DNA of 64,000 nucleotides from Alloascoidea hylecoeti. Lineage: Eukaryota. The position numbers and the translations under genes are program-made. The stretch is from the NCBI GenBank assembly GCA_001600815.1, contig BCKZ01000016.1, forward strand, positions 237,077 to 301,076, written 5' to 3'. The notes under the pieces are model-generated. The model saw nothing but the letters and a program-made list of their open reading frames with translations, did no database searches and was not told the origin of the DNA. Below, in pieces: positions 45,229 through 55,025 of the stretch; the stretch's first letter is position 1, and each line of letters begins with the position of its first letter.

Positions 45229-46206
45229 TCATCCTACACTATTGATTGATGTTTCATTAGCTCCAGTTTTCCATAACCCATATTCCTTTCCACAGTACTT
45301 CCATAAACGCAATGTACCATCTTCTGAACCAGATATAATCACATTATCTTGTTGATCAAAGTCAATCGAATGAACAGGTCCATGGTGACCTTTCAACTGT
45401 TCGGTTTCCACGTTGGCTTCTTCTCTGCCATTTCCTGACACTTTATGTACTCGGATGTATGTATCATTTTCATTACCAGTGATAAATGTATCCCATGTAT
45501 TACTGAAAGCAACACACGAGGCATTATATTTCAATGAAATTTCTTTTTCTAAATCCCCTACATTGCTATAAACACATATGCGGGACCCCACTGGACCTAT
45601 TAATTTGGCATTCTTAATTTCAAATAAGCCTGTTTTTTCATCAAGGGTTATATCTTTTAGTAGAGACAATTTGTATGATTTACAATCAAAGTCATAATAA
45701 GTAATGTGATGTTCAGATACTATGATAACTTTATTTTCGTTCTTGAAGGTCAAGACTGATTTTATAGGTTTATGATTGAATTGAAAAGTATGTAATAAGT
45801 CAAACGAAGTTGGAAGAGTTAAGGAATATAAAGAAATGGTTCCATTCAACGTTCCGGTGATGAGGAATAAGTTGGAAGACGAGGGATCTGCGACAGTGTC
45901 AGCGGAAGCGACAACGCTCTGGTGCTCCAGATCCAAGAGCAGCTGACCATCCAAAGTCCATACCTTTGCAGTGAAGTCTGCGCTAGTGGATATCACGTAC
46001 AAGTCTGAAGAGGTGTTGACAAATCTGACAGTTTGAGTCGCACCCTTGTGGCCAATGTATGTCCCTATCCAGTCCCCAGTCACGGCATCCCGCAACACCG
46101 GATAGCCGTCCTTGCAACCACTAAGGATGTAGTTTGGAGCCATCTGGACATGAGAGACGGGACGGGAATGGCCTATACAGATCAAAGGGAGGGACTTCAT
46201 TGCCAT
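45229..46206 (-). CDS. WD40 protein, STRAP/UNRIP orthologue-like
   Basis: MAMKSLPLICIGHSRPV..ILSGCKDGYPVLRDAVTGDWIGTYIGHKGA..SADFTAKVW and KGHHGPVH..SGSEDGTLRLW match STRAP. ATG 46206 is preferred over 46308 because it matches the family N-terminus and a Reb1 site lies between the two. Confidence 0.82.
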   Translation of the reverse strand: MAMKSLPLICIGHSRPVSHVQMAPNYILSGCKDGYPVLRDAVTGDWIGTYIGHKGATQTVRFVNTSSDLYVISTSADFTAKVWTLDGQLLLDLEHQSVVASADTVADPSSSNLFLITGTLNGTISLYSLTLPTSFDLLHTFQFNHKPIKSVLTFKNENKVIIVSEHHITYYDFDCKSYKLSLLKDITLDEKTGLFEIKNAKLIGPVGSRICVYSNVGDLEKEISLKYNASCVAFSNTWDTFITGNENDTYIRVHKVSGNGREEANVETEQLKGHHGPVHSIDFDQQDNVIISGSEDGTLRLWKYCGKEYGLWKTGANETSINSVG

Positions 46207-46249
46207 TGGTACTTGGAGGTTGGTTCTGGGAGGAGAGCCATTTCCAGGA

Positions 46250-46257
46250 CCGGGTAA
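46250..46257. promoter_or_regulatory. Reb1-like site CCGGGTAA in the STRAP/CET1 divergent promoter
   Basis: Consensus match. Confidence 0.55.
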
Positions 46258-46352
46258 CCTCTGGCTTAAAGCAAGTGTAGAGTTGTTCGAAAAAAAATCA
46301 CTTTCCATTTATCCAATAAATAATCAACTGGGAGACCTAAGTTCTGTGCAAG

Positions 46353-47678
46353 ATGAACTTCCAGTCTTTGTTGAACCCGGAGCCGGACGGCAACAACGAC
46401 CACACCGCATCATCCTCTTCAATTAATACCCCCAAGCTACCCACGTCACCTTCGTCTGGCCCAGGCAATGCCAATAACAATAACAATACCATTCTACATC
46501 ACCACTCCTCTGTTTCTTCGTCATCTGGAGGACGCCCAATCACGATCTCGGACGTTATCCATAATGCCAACTCTGCCTCCCATCGCAACTCAATCAACCT
46601 AATCACAAACGACGAGGATGTCGACATTAACACAAAGGTTACCAGTCCATCTATAACAAGAAGGAAGAGCAGCTTAATACGGGTCAAGCCAAGAAGATAC
46701 AAAGAAATCCCAATATACGCGAGAAGGTGGAAAAGATCAACAGATGCCAATGTGGCAACCACCAAAGGGAGTTCTGATTCTAAATCTGAAGCTCTAATCT
46801 CCGGTCTTCTGCCGTCTTTCTCGTCTGTCATTCCTTATGAAGACCAAACGCGTCAAGTGGTAAACTGGCTGTATTCACATTTATCCTCTCTACCTAAATC
46901 TCATCTACAATACATAGAGTTGGAACTTAAGCTTGGAAAAATCATTGACTTATCAAGGGATGAAAGACTAAATTTACCCATTCTTAACGAAGCAATATTG
47001 AGTGGGGAGCACAGAGGTATAACATTCATGAGTGGAATTAGCAAAAGAATGTATGACTCTGTCACATCTTATTTAAATACTTTAAATTCCTCTGCTAAAT
47101 CAGAAAGGGCGAAATTCTCAATTGAGAGTATTCATCAGTTAGATAAAATTTACTCTTTCCACGAAAGAAATACAGAACCACAGAATATTAGAATCTCTTC
47201 GAATGCTGCTACCCCCTCACAACCAATTGCTTCCATTATAAAAAAGAGAATCAGTAATTTATGTGTCCATAATCCGAATTCGTTAACAGATTATAGAATA
47301 TCCTTAAGTTTGGAAATACCCGAACCTGAAGCTTCATTAAAATTCAGGAATAAAGAACCACAAATAACTAGGGACAAAGTGAGGACCAGTTTTAAACATG
47401 CCGGCACGAAACAAAGAGTTGACTTAACAGTTATCAAACAAGATTCTGCTGCTGGAAATGGTCATACCGACGGAGGTGTTAAACATGAAGTAGAAATTGA
47501 ATTAGATTCAAAGTATTTAGCAGACACTTTTGTTAAACTTCAAGATTCATCTTTAAACGAGGCTGGAGATGGGAATGGAGGAAATTCAAACGCAGGCCAA
47601 GTATTCGAAGAATTTATAAAAGTATTTTTGGATAACGGAAGACTACTGGTTAGAAGAATAGGGAGTGGTGTACCCTAA
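46353..47678 (+). CDS. CET1: mRNA-capping RNA triphosphatase (TTM family)
   Basis: Motif A ELELKLG, YRISLSLE, RDKVRTSF, RVDLT, motif C HEVEIE, and PIYARRW (WAQKW-like). Confidence 0.9.
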   Translation: MNFQSLLNPEPDGNNDHTASSSSINTPKLPTSPSSGPGNANNNNNTILHHHSSVSSSSGGRPITISDVIHNANSASHRNSINLITNDEDVDINTKVTSPSITRRKSSLIRVKPRRYKEIPIYARRWKRSTDANVATTKGSSDSKSEALISGLLPSFSSVIPYEDQTRQVVNWLYSHLSSLPKSHLQYIELELKLGKIIDLSRDERLNLPILNEAILSGEHRGITFMSGISKRMYDSVTSYLNTLNSSAKSERAKFSIESIHQLDKIYSFHERNTEPQNIRISSNAATPSQPIASIIKKRISNLCVHNPNSLTDYRISLSLEIPEPEASLKFRNKEPQITRDKVRTSFKHAGTKQRVDLTVIKQDSAAGNGHTDGGVKHEVEIELDSKYLADTFVKLQDSSLNEAGDGNGGNSNAGQVFEEFIKVFLDNGRLLVRRIGSGVP

Positions 47679-48475
47679 TAATGCATTCTATATTTTCGTG
47701 TTTGCGAATTTTTATGTCATATATACTGTTTATTAGCAGCCAGAGTATTTGTATGTATCTTATTAGTTATCATTGGCAATTGAAAATGTTATTGGTATCA
47801 ATCATTATTATGATTACCTAGATCGTTTTATTTATTTTTTAGCTGGCGATTGACGTATAGGAAAACCCTCTTCGTTGATATTGTAGATTTTTGTCTATTT
47901 CAAGGAGTTGCTATCTTAAGAGATGTATTTATTTTCAAGTTGAATCTTTTAAACCTGTGTTTTATAGCAATATTAGTATATTCACGTAATACCGGTATAT
48001 TCCATGAGTCGTGGAAGCTGAACTGGTCATGATCATGAATCTATTTTACTGGAATATACGTGAATAATGGAGTTAGTTTCCAGTGGGAGGAATTATTTAA
48101 TCTGTACTTAGGTATATAATATATGAAAGAAATATAGCAGGGAGTATGAAACACGATTATCAGGTGTCTTTGGTGACTTAATAGCAAATGAGATAGCTGG
48201 GGGAGTATTCTAACGTCGGCTTGAATATAAGGAATGGGAACACTTCATAGTATCAACTCCACGTGTATTTATCACTGTATTCCTTAAATTTCAAACTACT
48301 GGAAGAAAAAAAACGTAAATATAAACATGTATTCGCGGACCTGATAACTCTATTACCAGTCATTTTCATACTAGGAACGCACATGATATTTATTGCTACT
48401 TAACTTTTCCTTCACCAATATAATTGAGTAATATCCATAACTTTCCAGTCCGAACCTACCATAATATTGATATCG

Positions 48476-49501
48476 ATGACATTAACGCAACTCCCTGTTT
48501 GGCTTGATTGTGACCCAGGACACGACGATGCCATTGCCATTGTTTTGGCCGCTCTGCATCCTGCCTACAACCTTCTAGGCATCTCAACGGTCCATGGAAA
48601 TGCCTCTTTGGAAAACACCACCAGTAATGCCCTTCGTATTTTAACCGCCTTGGGGGACAGAGGGACTCATATTAAAGTGTACACCGGGGCCTCACGACCT
48701 CTGGTTAAACCTCCCTTCCATGCCCCTGAGATACACGGCTCGTTTGGACTTAACGGCTCAACTCTTCTACCAGAGTCCGTGCTGGCCCCCCAGACCACTG
48801 ATTCCATTGATGCTATTTACGATGCAGCTGTCAAGTATAATGGGGAATTATGTCTTTTAGCCACAGGTACTCTCACCAACGTCGCCGCCTTATATAAGAA
48901 ATATCCAGATGTCAAAGAAAAATTAAGGATTTTGAGTATAATGGGTGGCGCCATCCATACTGGAAATAGCACTAAATGGGCTGAATTTAATATTTATTGT
49001 GATCCACATTCTGCTAAAATTGTGCTTACCGACTCCATGATGGCCCCCAAAACAATTATGATTCCTTTGGATTTAACACACCAAGCAATTGCAACCAAAA
49101 GTGTAAGACAAAGCATATTATATGGACCAAAATCCATCAAAGGAACTACTACAGTTTTAAGGAAATTGATTTTCGAGTTATTGGAATTTTTTTCGGAGAC
49201 TAACAGCATGGCCCAAGGTTTCAATGATGGTCCTCCTGTTCACGACCCAGTAGCTGTAGCAGCTCTGTTACCCATTTGCCATTTACCAATTGGTAAAGAA
49301 TTAGATTTTAAGTACACTCGTTATAATATAGACGTTGTTCTAGAAGGTGAACAGGAAGGAAGAACTGTTGTCCTTGAACCAAGTGATATTGGTGTTTATG
49401 TTGGGGAATCTATGAATGTTCCTTATTTTTGGAGTCTTTTATTAGATGCTTTGGAAATGGGTGATCACACTAACTCGATTGTATCGAAATCAAATAATTA
49501 A
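48476..49501 (+). CDS. URH1: Uridine/IU-family nucleoside hydrolase
   Basis: VWLDCDPGHDDA, STVHGN, APEIHG, AEFNIYCDP, GPPVHDPVA. First ATG at 48476. Confidence 0.92.
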   Translation: MTLTQLPVWLDCDPGHDDAIAIVLAALHPAYNLLGISTVHGNASLENTTSNALRILTALGDRGTHIKVYTGASRPLVKPPFHAPEIHGSFGLNGSTLLPESVLAPQTTDSIDAIYDAAVKYNGELCLLATGTLTNVAALYKKYPDVKEKLRILSIMGGAIHTGNSTKWAEFNIYCDPHSAKIVLTDSMMAPKTIMIPLDLTHQAIATKSVRQSILYGPKSIKGTTTVLRKLIFELLEFFSETNSMAQGFNDGPPVHDPVAVAALLPICHLPIGKELDFKYTRYNIDVVLEGEQEGRTVVLEPSDIGVYVGESMNVPYFWSLLLDALEMGDHTNSIVSKSNN

Positions 49502-49761
49502 AAGGTAGAATCATTTAAGTACATACACATTGATTTCTTTGCCATTGCGTATTATAATAAATAAACCAAATAACTTTAAATTATAGATAATATATCATAT
49601 ACATAGTTATAATTAGGCTATAGTAGAAATCATACAAACAGAAGAAAAAAAATTAGTTGCGAATGAAACACAAATCAATAACTGAAAAAATTTATGCTAT
49701 TCACCATACCATCCATATTGGTATTAATAATAATTACCCACAAAACAAAACAAAAAAACAC

Positions 49762-51279
49762 TTATATATCAATAAGATTATTACTATTGTTTTCCCTTGT
49801 AACTGTGGATGGGGATCCGTTGACTTGATTTCCATAACCACCATATGTTGTAGGAGCAGACTGTTGTTGTTGTTGTTGTTGTTGTGAAACATTGAAAAAG
49901 GGATTATTAGTATGAATCGGAGATGGTGGATTATTATTGATTTGTCGGGGTTGTTGTTGAAAAGCACCAGTTCCCGCTGAGTTCACAAAACCAGTAGAAA
50001 CTGTATGTTGTGCCGGAATTCTTAATTCCCCAGAGTTTCCAAAAGTATCAATACCATCTTCACCTGAATTTGCAAGAAGTGCATTCAAGTCAGAATAATG
50101 GTCATTTATCGGCGAAGATGGAGTATTTGCAGTAGAAACAAATGGCGAATTTGAATGGGATATTGGTGTTGATGATTGGGCATTGGTGGGGGATGGAAGT
50201 GAAAATGGATTTCTTGATCCTGTTTTCGAAGGTTGAAGAGTTCCCATATTGGTATTTGGCACAAAGTTTGAGGTTTGAGGAGCGTTCATATTAGATTGAG
50301 TCGACATGGGATTACTATAAAGCCCATTCAAATATCCTGTATTTAAAGGTTGGAGAGATTCGGGATTAGGAAATGGATTCATACTCCCCATTCTCAATCC
50401 AGTTGATGATTGTGATTGTATGGCCTGTGGATAGGAAGGACCGGAATCCATATCAAGTAACGAGAATTCAGGTTCACTGACAGATTTATTCGTGGCAATC
50501 GTAAGATCATATTTGTAAGATGTTTCAGCGTCTCTTAATCTTTTCTCGTTAGCCAGTTCTTCTTCTTTGCTAAGTCTTAGAGCCTTCTGGAGATCATCAT
50601 CCTCCGCTTGCGCCTGCCTCCGTTGGGCTTCTAATTCAGCTGTTTTTTTACTTTCTTCGAGTGCACGCCTGAGCTCTTCATCCCCATCTGCGACATTGGC
50701 GACAACTTCTGGGGGTGGGTGCGTTGAGTTCGAAGAAGGAGGGACCCCGGAAGGCCTTGAATACTGTGTGTAGGTTGAAGACCCAGTACCACGAGTAGTA
50801 ACACCAGCATTGTAGATAGAGGATGAGGTATTGAGTGTAGCCCTTGATTGTTGTCTCTCCTTCTGCAACCGTTCTTTATCGAGAATCAAAGACACAATGT
50901 CTTTGGCTTTTGTTCGAATGATAACACCTTGGTCCAAACCGGAGTCATCCACATACAAAAATTCTCTTAAAGTTTTAATTTCAAAAAGTCGCTGCCTCGT
51001 CCAATCAACAATACCCTCATCTCCATAATGAAGAAGATAGTCGAGTAACTGAAGAGTTTTGGCGACATGTCTCCAATTTTTGCCTTTGTCATTAAGTCTG
51101 CGTTCAACTATTTCAAGTACATCAAGTCTGTCAGTTAGGGAATAAGTAAGTTGAGCAATTTCCTGGAGTTCGACAACATTGGGACCGTTTATATCATTGC
51201 TGGTAGCATTACGGACTCTTATCTGGGTGTTGGAGTAGCCTCCAGCTTTGTTTTTGATGGTTCTAACAAATGAAGTCAT
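49762..51279 (-). CDS. ENT2: Epsin (Ent1/Ent2)
   Basis: ENTH domain (VRNATSND, RLNDKGKNWRHVAK), two UIMs, NPF motifs and terminal clathrin box NLIDI. ENT1 versus ENT2 naming is arbitrary here. Confidence 0.92.
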   Translation of the reverse strand: MTSFVRTIKNKAGGYSNTQIRVRNATSNDINGPNVVELQEIAQLTYSLTDRLDVLEIVERRLNDKGKNWRHVAKTLQLLDYLLHYGDEGIVDWTRQRLFEIKTLREFLYVDDSGLDQGVIIRTKAKDIVSLILDKERLQKERQQSRATLNTSSSIYNAGVTTRGTGSSTYTQYSRPSGVPPSSNSTHPPPEVVANVADGDEELRRALEESKKTAELEAQRRQAQAEDDDLQKALRLSKEEELANEKRLRDAETSYKYDLTIATNKSVSEPEFSLLDMDSGPSYPQAIQSQSSTGLRMGSMNPFPNPESLQPLNTGYLNGLYSNPMSTQSNMNAPQTSNFVPNTNMGTLQPSKTGSRNPFSLPSPTNAQSSTPISHSNSPFVSTANTPSSPINDHYSDLNALLANSGEDGIDTFGNSGELRIPAQHTVSTGFVNSAGTGAFQQQPRQINNNPPSPIHTNNPFFNVSQQQQQQQQSAPTTYGGYGNQVNGSPSTVTRENNSNNLIDI

Positions 51280-51416
51280 AGTAGATAAATTGGATAATAA
51301 CTGAGCCTAGAATATAGAAATAAATGAGCAGGTAGGTGGGTGGGTGTTCTTATTTATTAGCCCGTCTTGGCTGCTTTGGGATAGTACAGCTTCGTAAATA
51401 GATATATAATAAGGTT

Positions 51417-54400
51417 ATGGACTCCAAACAGCAGAAAAGACTGGACAAACTGTCTCGGTTTGCTCTTGGTATCAAAAATGTCGTTGGGACGGTGGAATCA
51501 AAGACAATAATTCGTCTGTTTAATGAAACGGGTGGAAGTGTGGAATTAGCCATAAATCGGCTTCTCGATACAAATACCCACCAAAATGACAATATTAATG
51601 CCAATAGCAAGAGACCAAACATTTCCAAAGAGAACACGCCAGATATTCCGCTCAAGAAACTGAAGATAGATAAGGCTCAAAATAAGAACGTGTTCCGTGT
51701 CAATGTTACACCTTTTATTCCACAAACTCATCCAACACACAAGAACACCAACAAAATACTATCTGATACCACTAACATCGACCTGACGGACACGCGAGAA
51801 AGCAATCTATATATAGGGAAAATTCACTGTAATGCTTGGGTCACTCGGCATTGCTCTCATCTCCTTAAATATGGCCGAGAATTAATGCTCTCTACCATGC
51901 CACGGGCACAAAAAAATCTATCTAAAAAAACTCTAGACTCACTCGAAACTTCTTTTGTACGCGTTTTAATTGACGACAACACCAAAACCCCACCCCGTGA
52001 AGTTGCCAGATTACCTGAGGAAATAGGGGCTTTCGTTGCTCCCTTATTAAGTATGGACCTGTTGGTTGTTAAAGGTAAATGTCTATTTGTTGATAAGTTA
52101 AACATTGGAGATTCGTTCTTAATTGAAATTAGTTGCTATTTAACTTCTTACGCTTTCATGGAATTGGGTAATCAAACAAGAATTAGAGCAATTGGAGGTG
52201 GTAATTTAAGAAGGTTAATGGACAAGGGATCAAAATCCACCTTTGCCAATCATAGTAAGGAATCCGAAAACTCATCTAATTTTATTTCACATCTCGAGCA
52301 ATTGGAACATGATAGAAAATCAACAAACAAGACACTACGGGAATCTAATATAGAAAATCTGATGAGAAGCAGACAAGTTTCCCTAGTTAGATTATTTGAA
52401 AAATTATATTTAAAGTCAACGAGCGATGAGTTAACTGATACTGCAGATTTAATTAGGGTTTACGCTGGTATGGAAAAATTAGAAAATAATGAAGATGGTG
52501 ATGAAAACCCTCAATTAAATGATAACCAACTTAATGAAATATACAAGAATACCCAGGTAAATGAAACCATGCTGTCTCTTCCTAAAATCGAACCACCTGA
52601 TGATTTCAACCTTAAATTAAGACATTATCAAAAACAAGGTCTCGCTTGGATGCTTCAGCAAGAAAAAGAACTAAATTTTAATATGAGTAAAAATGGTGAA
52701 CTATCAAGTCAAGTGAATTGTCCCTCACAAGAATATGTAAATAATGACACAAAGAATAAATTATTACATCCTCTCTGGATTGAGTATAAATTACCACAGG
52801 AGAAAAGGCGGGATAAGGGGCAAACAATTATTGATCTCAATGATGGAGATTTATATTTTTATGCAAACCTGTACAGTGGCGAGTTGTCACGAAAGAAACC
52901 TACCATTGAAACTCAAACCAAATGTGGGATTTTAGCGGACGAGATGGGCCTAGGTAAAACAATTTCAACTTATAGTCTCATAAATTCCGTTTATGAGGAT
53001 AAGGACGTTGCTTTGCAAATTACCCATCAGGGGAAATCTTTTCGCGACCTAGGAAACTATGCTCATAGAACAACATTGATTGTTGTCCCAATGTCCTTAC
53101 TTTCGCAATGGGAAACGGAATTTTCAAAATCGATTGGAAATAAGAAATTACATCTTATGGTCTATTATGGAAGTGGTGTCTATGGAGATTTGAAACCTAT
53201 TCTCTGTAAATCAGATGCTCCTATTGTCATGTTAACTACATATGGTACGGTCCTTAGTGAATGGACAAAATCAGAAAACAACAAAGTTGCTTCTGGCATT
53301 TTTTCTGTTGAGTTTTTCAGACTGGTCCTTGATGAAGGGCATACAATCAGAAATCGTGTATCAAAGACAGCAAAATCATGTTTTGATCTAAAATCACAAC
53401 GTAGATGGATATTAACCGGCACCCCAATAATTAATAGAATCGATGACTTATTTAGTCTCATAAAATTCCTAAAATTGGAGCCATGGAGTAACTACTCATA
53501 TTGGAAGACGTTTGTATCGTTACCTTTTGAAAGGAAAGAAGTGGAAAAAACATTAAATGTAGTGAAATCGATTGTGACACCCGTTATTTTGAGACGAACG
53601 AAGAACATGAAACAGGCGAACGGTACACCACTAGTTAATTTACCTCCCAAGCGGGTTTTGATTGAAAAAGTACAATTCAATGAACACGAACGAGCGTTAT
53701 ACAATTGGTTTTTCACAAGAGCTAAAAATGAAATCACAGATAGTCTTAACAGAGGAGTTGTATTGAAAAGTTACACTGCAATTTTTGCTCTTATTCTAAG
53801 ATTAAGACAGATCTGTTGTCACCTGGAACTCGTTAAACACACAACCTCTGATGAAAGCTCTAGTTTTAATATATCAGAAGAAGATATGAAACTGAATCCC
53901 GAAATTCATAAATTATTAAACTCTGTCGATGACGAATTATCGTCTCAAGAATCTGCAAGTTTAAAGCAGCGTATCTATTCTCAAGTTGAATCACTCGAAA
54001 ATAGTGAATGTGCTATTTGTACACTCACCCCGATTGAATCTCCTGGTATTACTGCATGTGGACATATCTTTTGTATCAATTGTCTCCTTGAGCATATAGA
54101 TTTTCAAATTGAACATCAAAATACGCCATTATGTCCACTCTGCCGGACTACAGTTTCTAAGCAACGTATTCTGTACGCTAAGAGAAGATGCCTTATTGAT
54201 AATAACTCGACACACAAAGACAGACTATACACGCTTGTACCCTATAGAAATATGTTTAATTCCTCTAAAATTGGACGATTATTATATCATCTACGAATAT
54301 TGCAAGAAACAGAACCCAAAAAGCAAGTAGTTGTCTTTTCACAGTTTACATCATTTTTGGATATAATTGAAAAAGAACTTTTATACGCAGGTAATTTGAC

Positions 54401-54791
54401 CGTTTACAGATTCGATGGTCGAATGTCACGATCAGAAAGACAGAAGGTCTTAGAACGTTTTTCTGAGAAAAAACAAGATGACTCAAAACTTGTAGTTTTA
54501 TTAATATCGTTAAAGGCTGGTGGTGTTGGTATTAATTTGACCTCATCTTCCTATGCATTTATGATGGACCCGTGGTGGTCACCAAGTATTGAAGACCAGG
54601 CCATGGATAGATTACACCGTATGGGTCAGACTGAATCTGTTACTATTGTTCGATTTATTGTTGAAAATAGTATCGAGGAAAAGATGTTACGAATTCAAGA
54701 TCGAAAAAGAAAGATTGGAGAAGCGGTAGGGGCAAACGAAGAGGAAAGAAAACAAATAAGAATCGAAGAGATAAAGATGTTACTAGAGTAA
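51417..54791 (+). CDS. RAD5: Rad5 DNA helicase/ubiquitin ligase (HIRAN, SNF2, RING)
   Basis: GILADEMGLGKT, LVLDEGH, LTGTPIINR, RING CAIC..CGHIFCINC..CPLCR, SLKAGGVGINL. Confidence 0.95.
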   Translation: MDSKQQKRLDKLSRFALGIKNVVGTVESKTIIRLFNETGGSVELAINRLLDTNTHQNDNINANSKRPNISKENTPDIPLKKLKIDKAQNKNVFRVNVTPFIPQTHPTHKNTNKILSDTTNIDLTDTRESNLYIGKIHCNAWVTRHCSHLLKYGRELMLSTMPRAQKNLSKKTLDSLETSFVRVLIDDNTKTPPREVARLPEEIGAFVAPLLSMDLLVVKGKCLFVDKLNIGDSFLIEISCYLTSYAFMELGNQTRIRAIGGGNLRRLMDKGSKSTFANHSKESENSSNFISHLEQLEHDRKSTNKTLRESNIENLMRSRQVSLVRLFEKLYLKSTSDELTDTADLIRVYAGMEKLENNEDGDENPQLNDNQLNEIYKNTQVNETMLSLPKIEPPDDFNLKLRHYQKQGLAWMLQQEKELNFNMSKNGELSSQVNCPSQEYVNNDTKNKLLHPLWIEYKLPQEKRRDKGQTIIDLNDGDLYFYANLYSGELSRKKPTIETQTKCGILADEMGLGKTISTYSLINSVYEDKDVALQITHQGKSFRDLGNYAHRTTLIVVPMSLLSQWETEFSKSIGNKKLHLMVYYGSGVYGDLKPILCKSDAPIVMLTTYGTVLSEWTKSENNKVASGIFSVEFFRLVLDEGHTIRNRVSKTAKSCFDLKSQRRWILTGTPIINRIDDLFSLIKFLKLEPWSNYSYWKTFVSLPFERKEVEKTLNVVKSIVTPVILRRTKNMKQANGTPLVNLPPKRVLIEKVQFNEHERALYNWFFTRAKNEITDSLNRGVVLKSYTAIFALILRLRQICCHLELVKHTTSDESSSFNISEEDMKLNPEIHKLLNSVDDELSSQESASLKQRIYSQVESLENSECAICTLTPIESPGITACGHIFCINCLLEHIDFQIEHQNTPLCPLCRTTVSKQRILYAKRRCLIDNNSTHKDRLYTLVPYRNMFNSSKIGRLLYHLRILQETEPKKQVVVFSQFTSFLDIIEKELLYAGNLTVYRFDGRMSRSERQKVLERFSEKKQDDSKLVVLLISLKAGGVGINLTSSSYAFMMDPWWSPSIEDQAMDRLHRMGQTESVTIVRFIVENSIEEKMLRIQDRKRKIGEAVGANEEERKQIRIEEIKMLLE

Positions 54792-55025
54792 TACGCACGT
54801 TTATAAACTTTAAAGTTTTATTAATGGGTTAATTATTTTTATAAGGATGCTCATACATAGGATATTAATGAAATAAAAGACTTAATTATAATATATAACG
54901 TTATATGCAAGATTAAAGAAACTCCCAAAATAAATTAAATCACAATAATATGGATAATAATAACAAATGCAAAACAAAAATATTAAGAAGCTGGCCATAA
55001 TGAAAAACTATTGGTCCCCAAAGTT

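Noticed and set aside
46207..46308. 34-aa N-terminal extension of the WD40 gene from ATG 46308
   Set aside because: It overlaps the Reb1 site and would leave only 44 bp to the CET1 ATG; family similarity starts at 46206.
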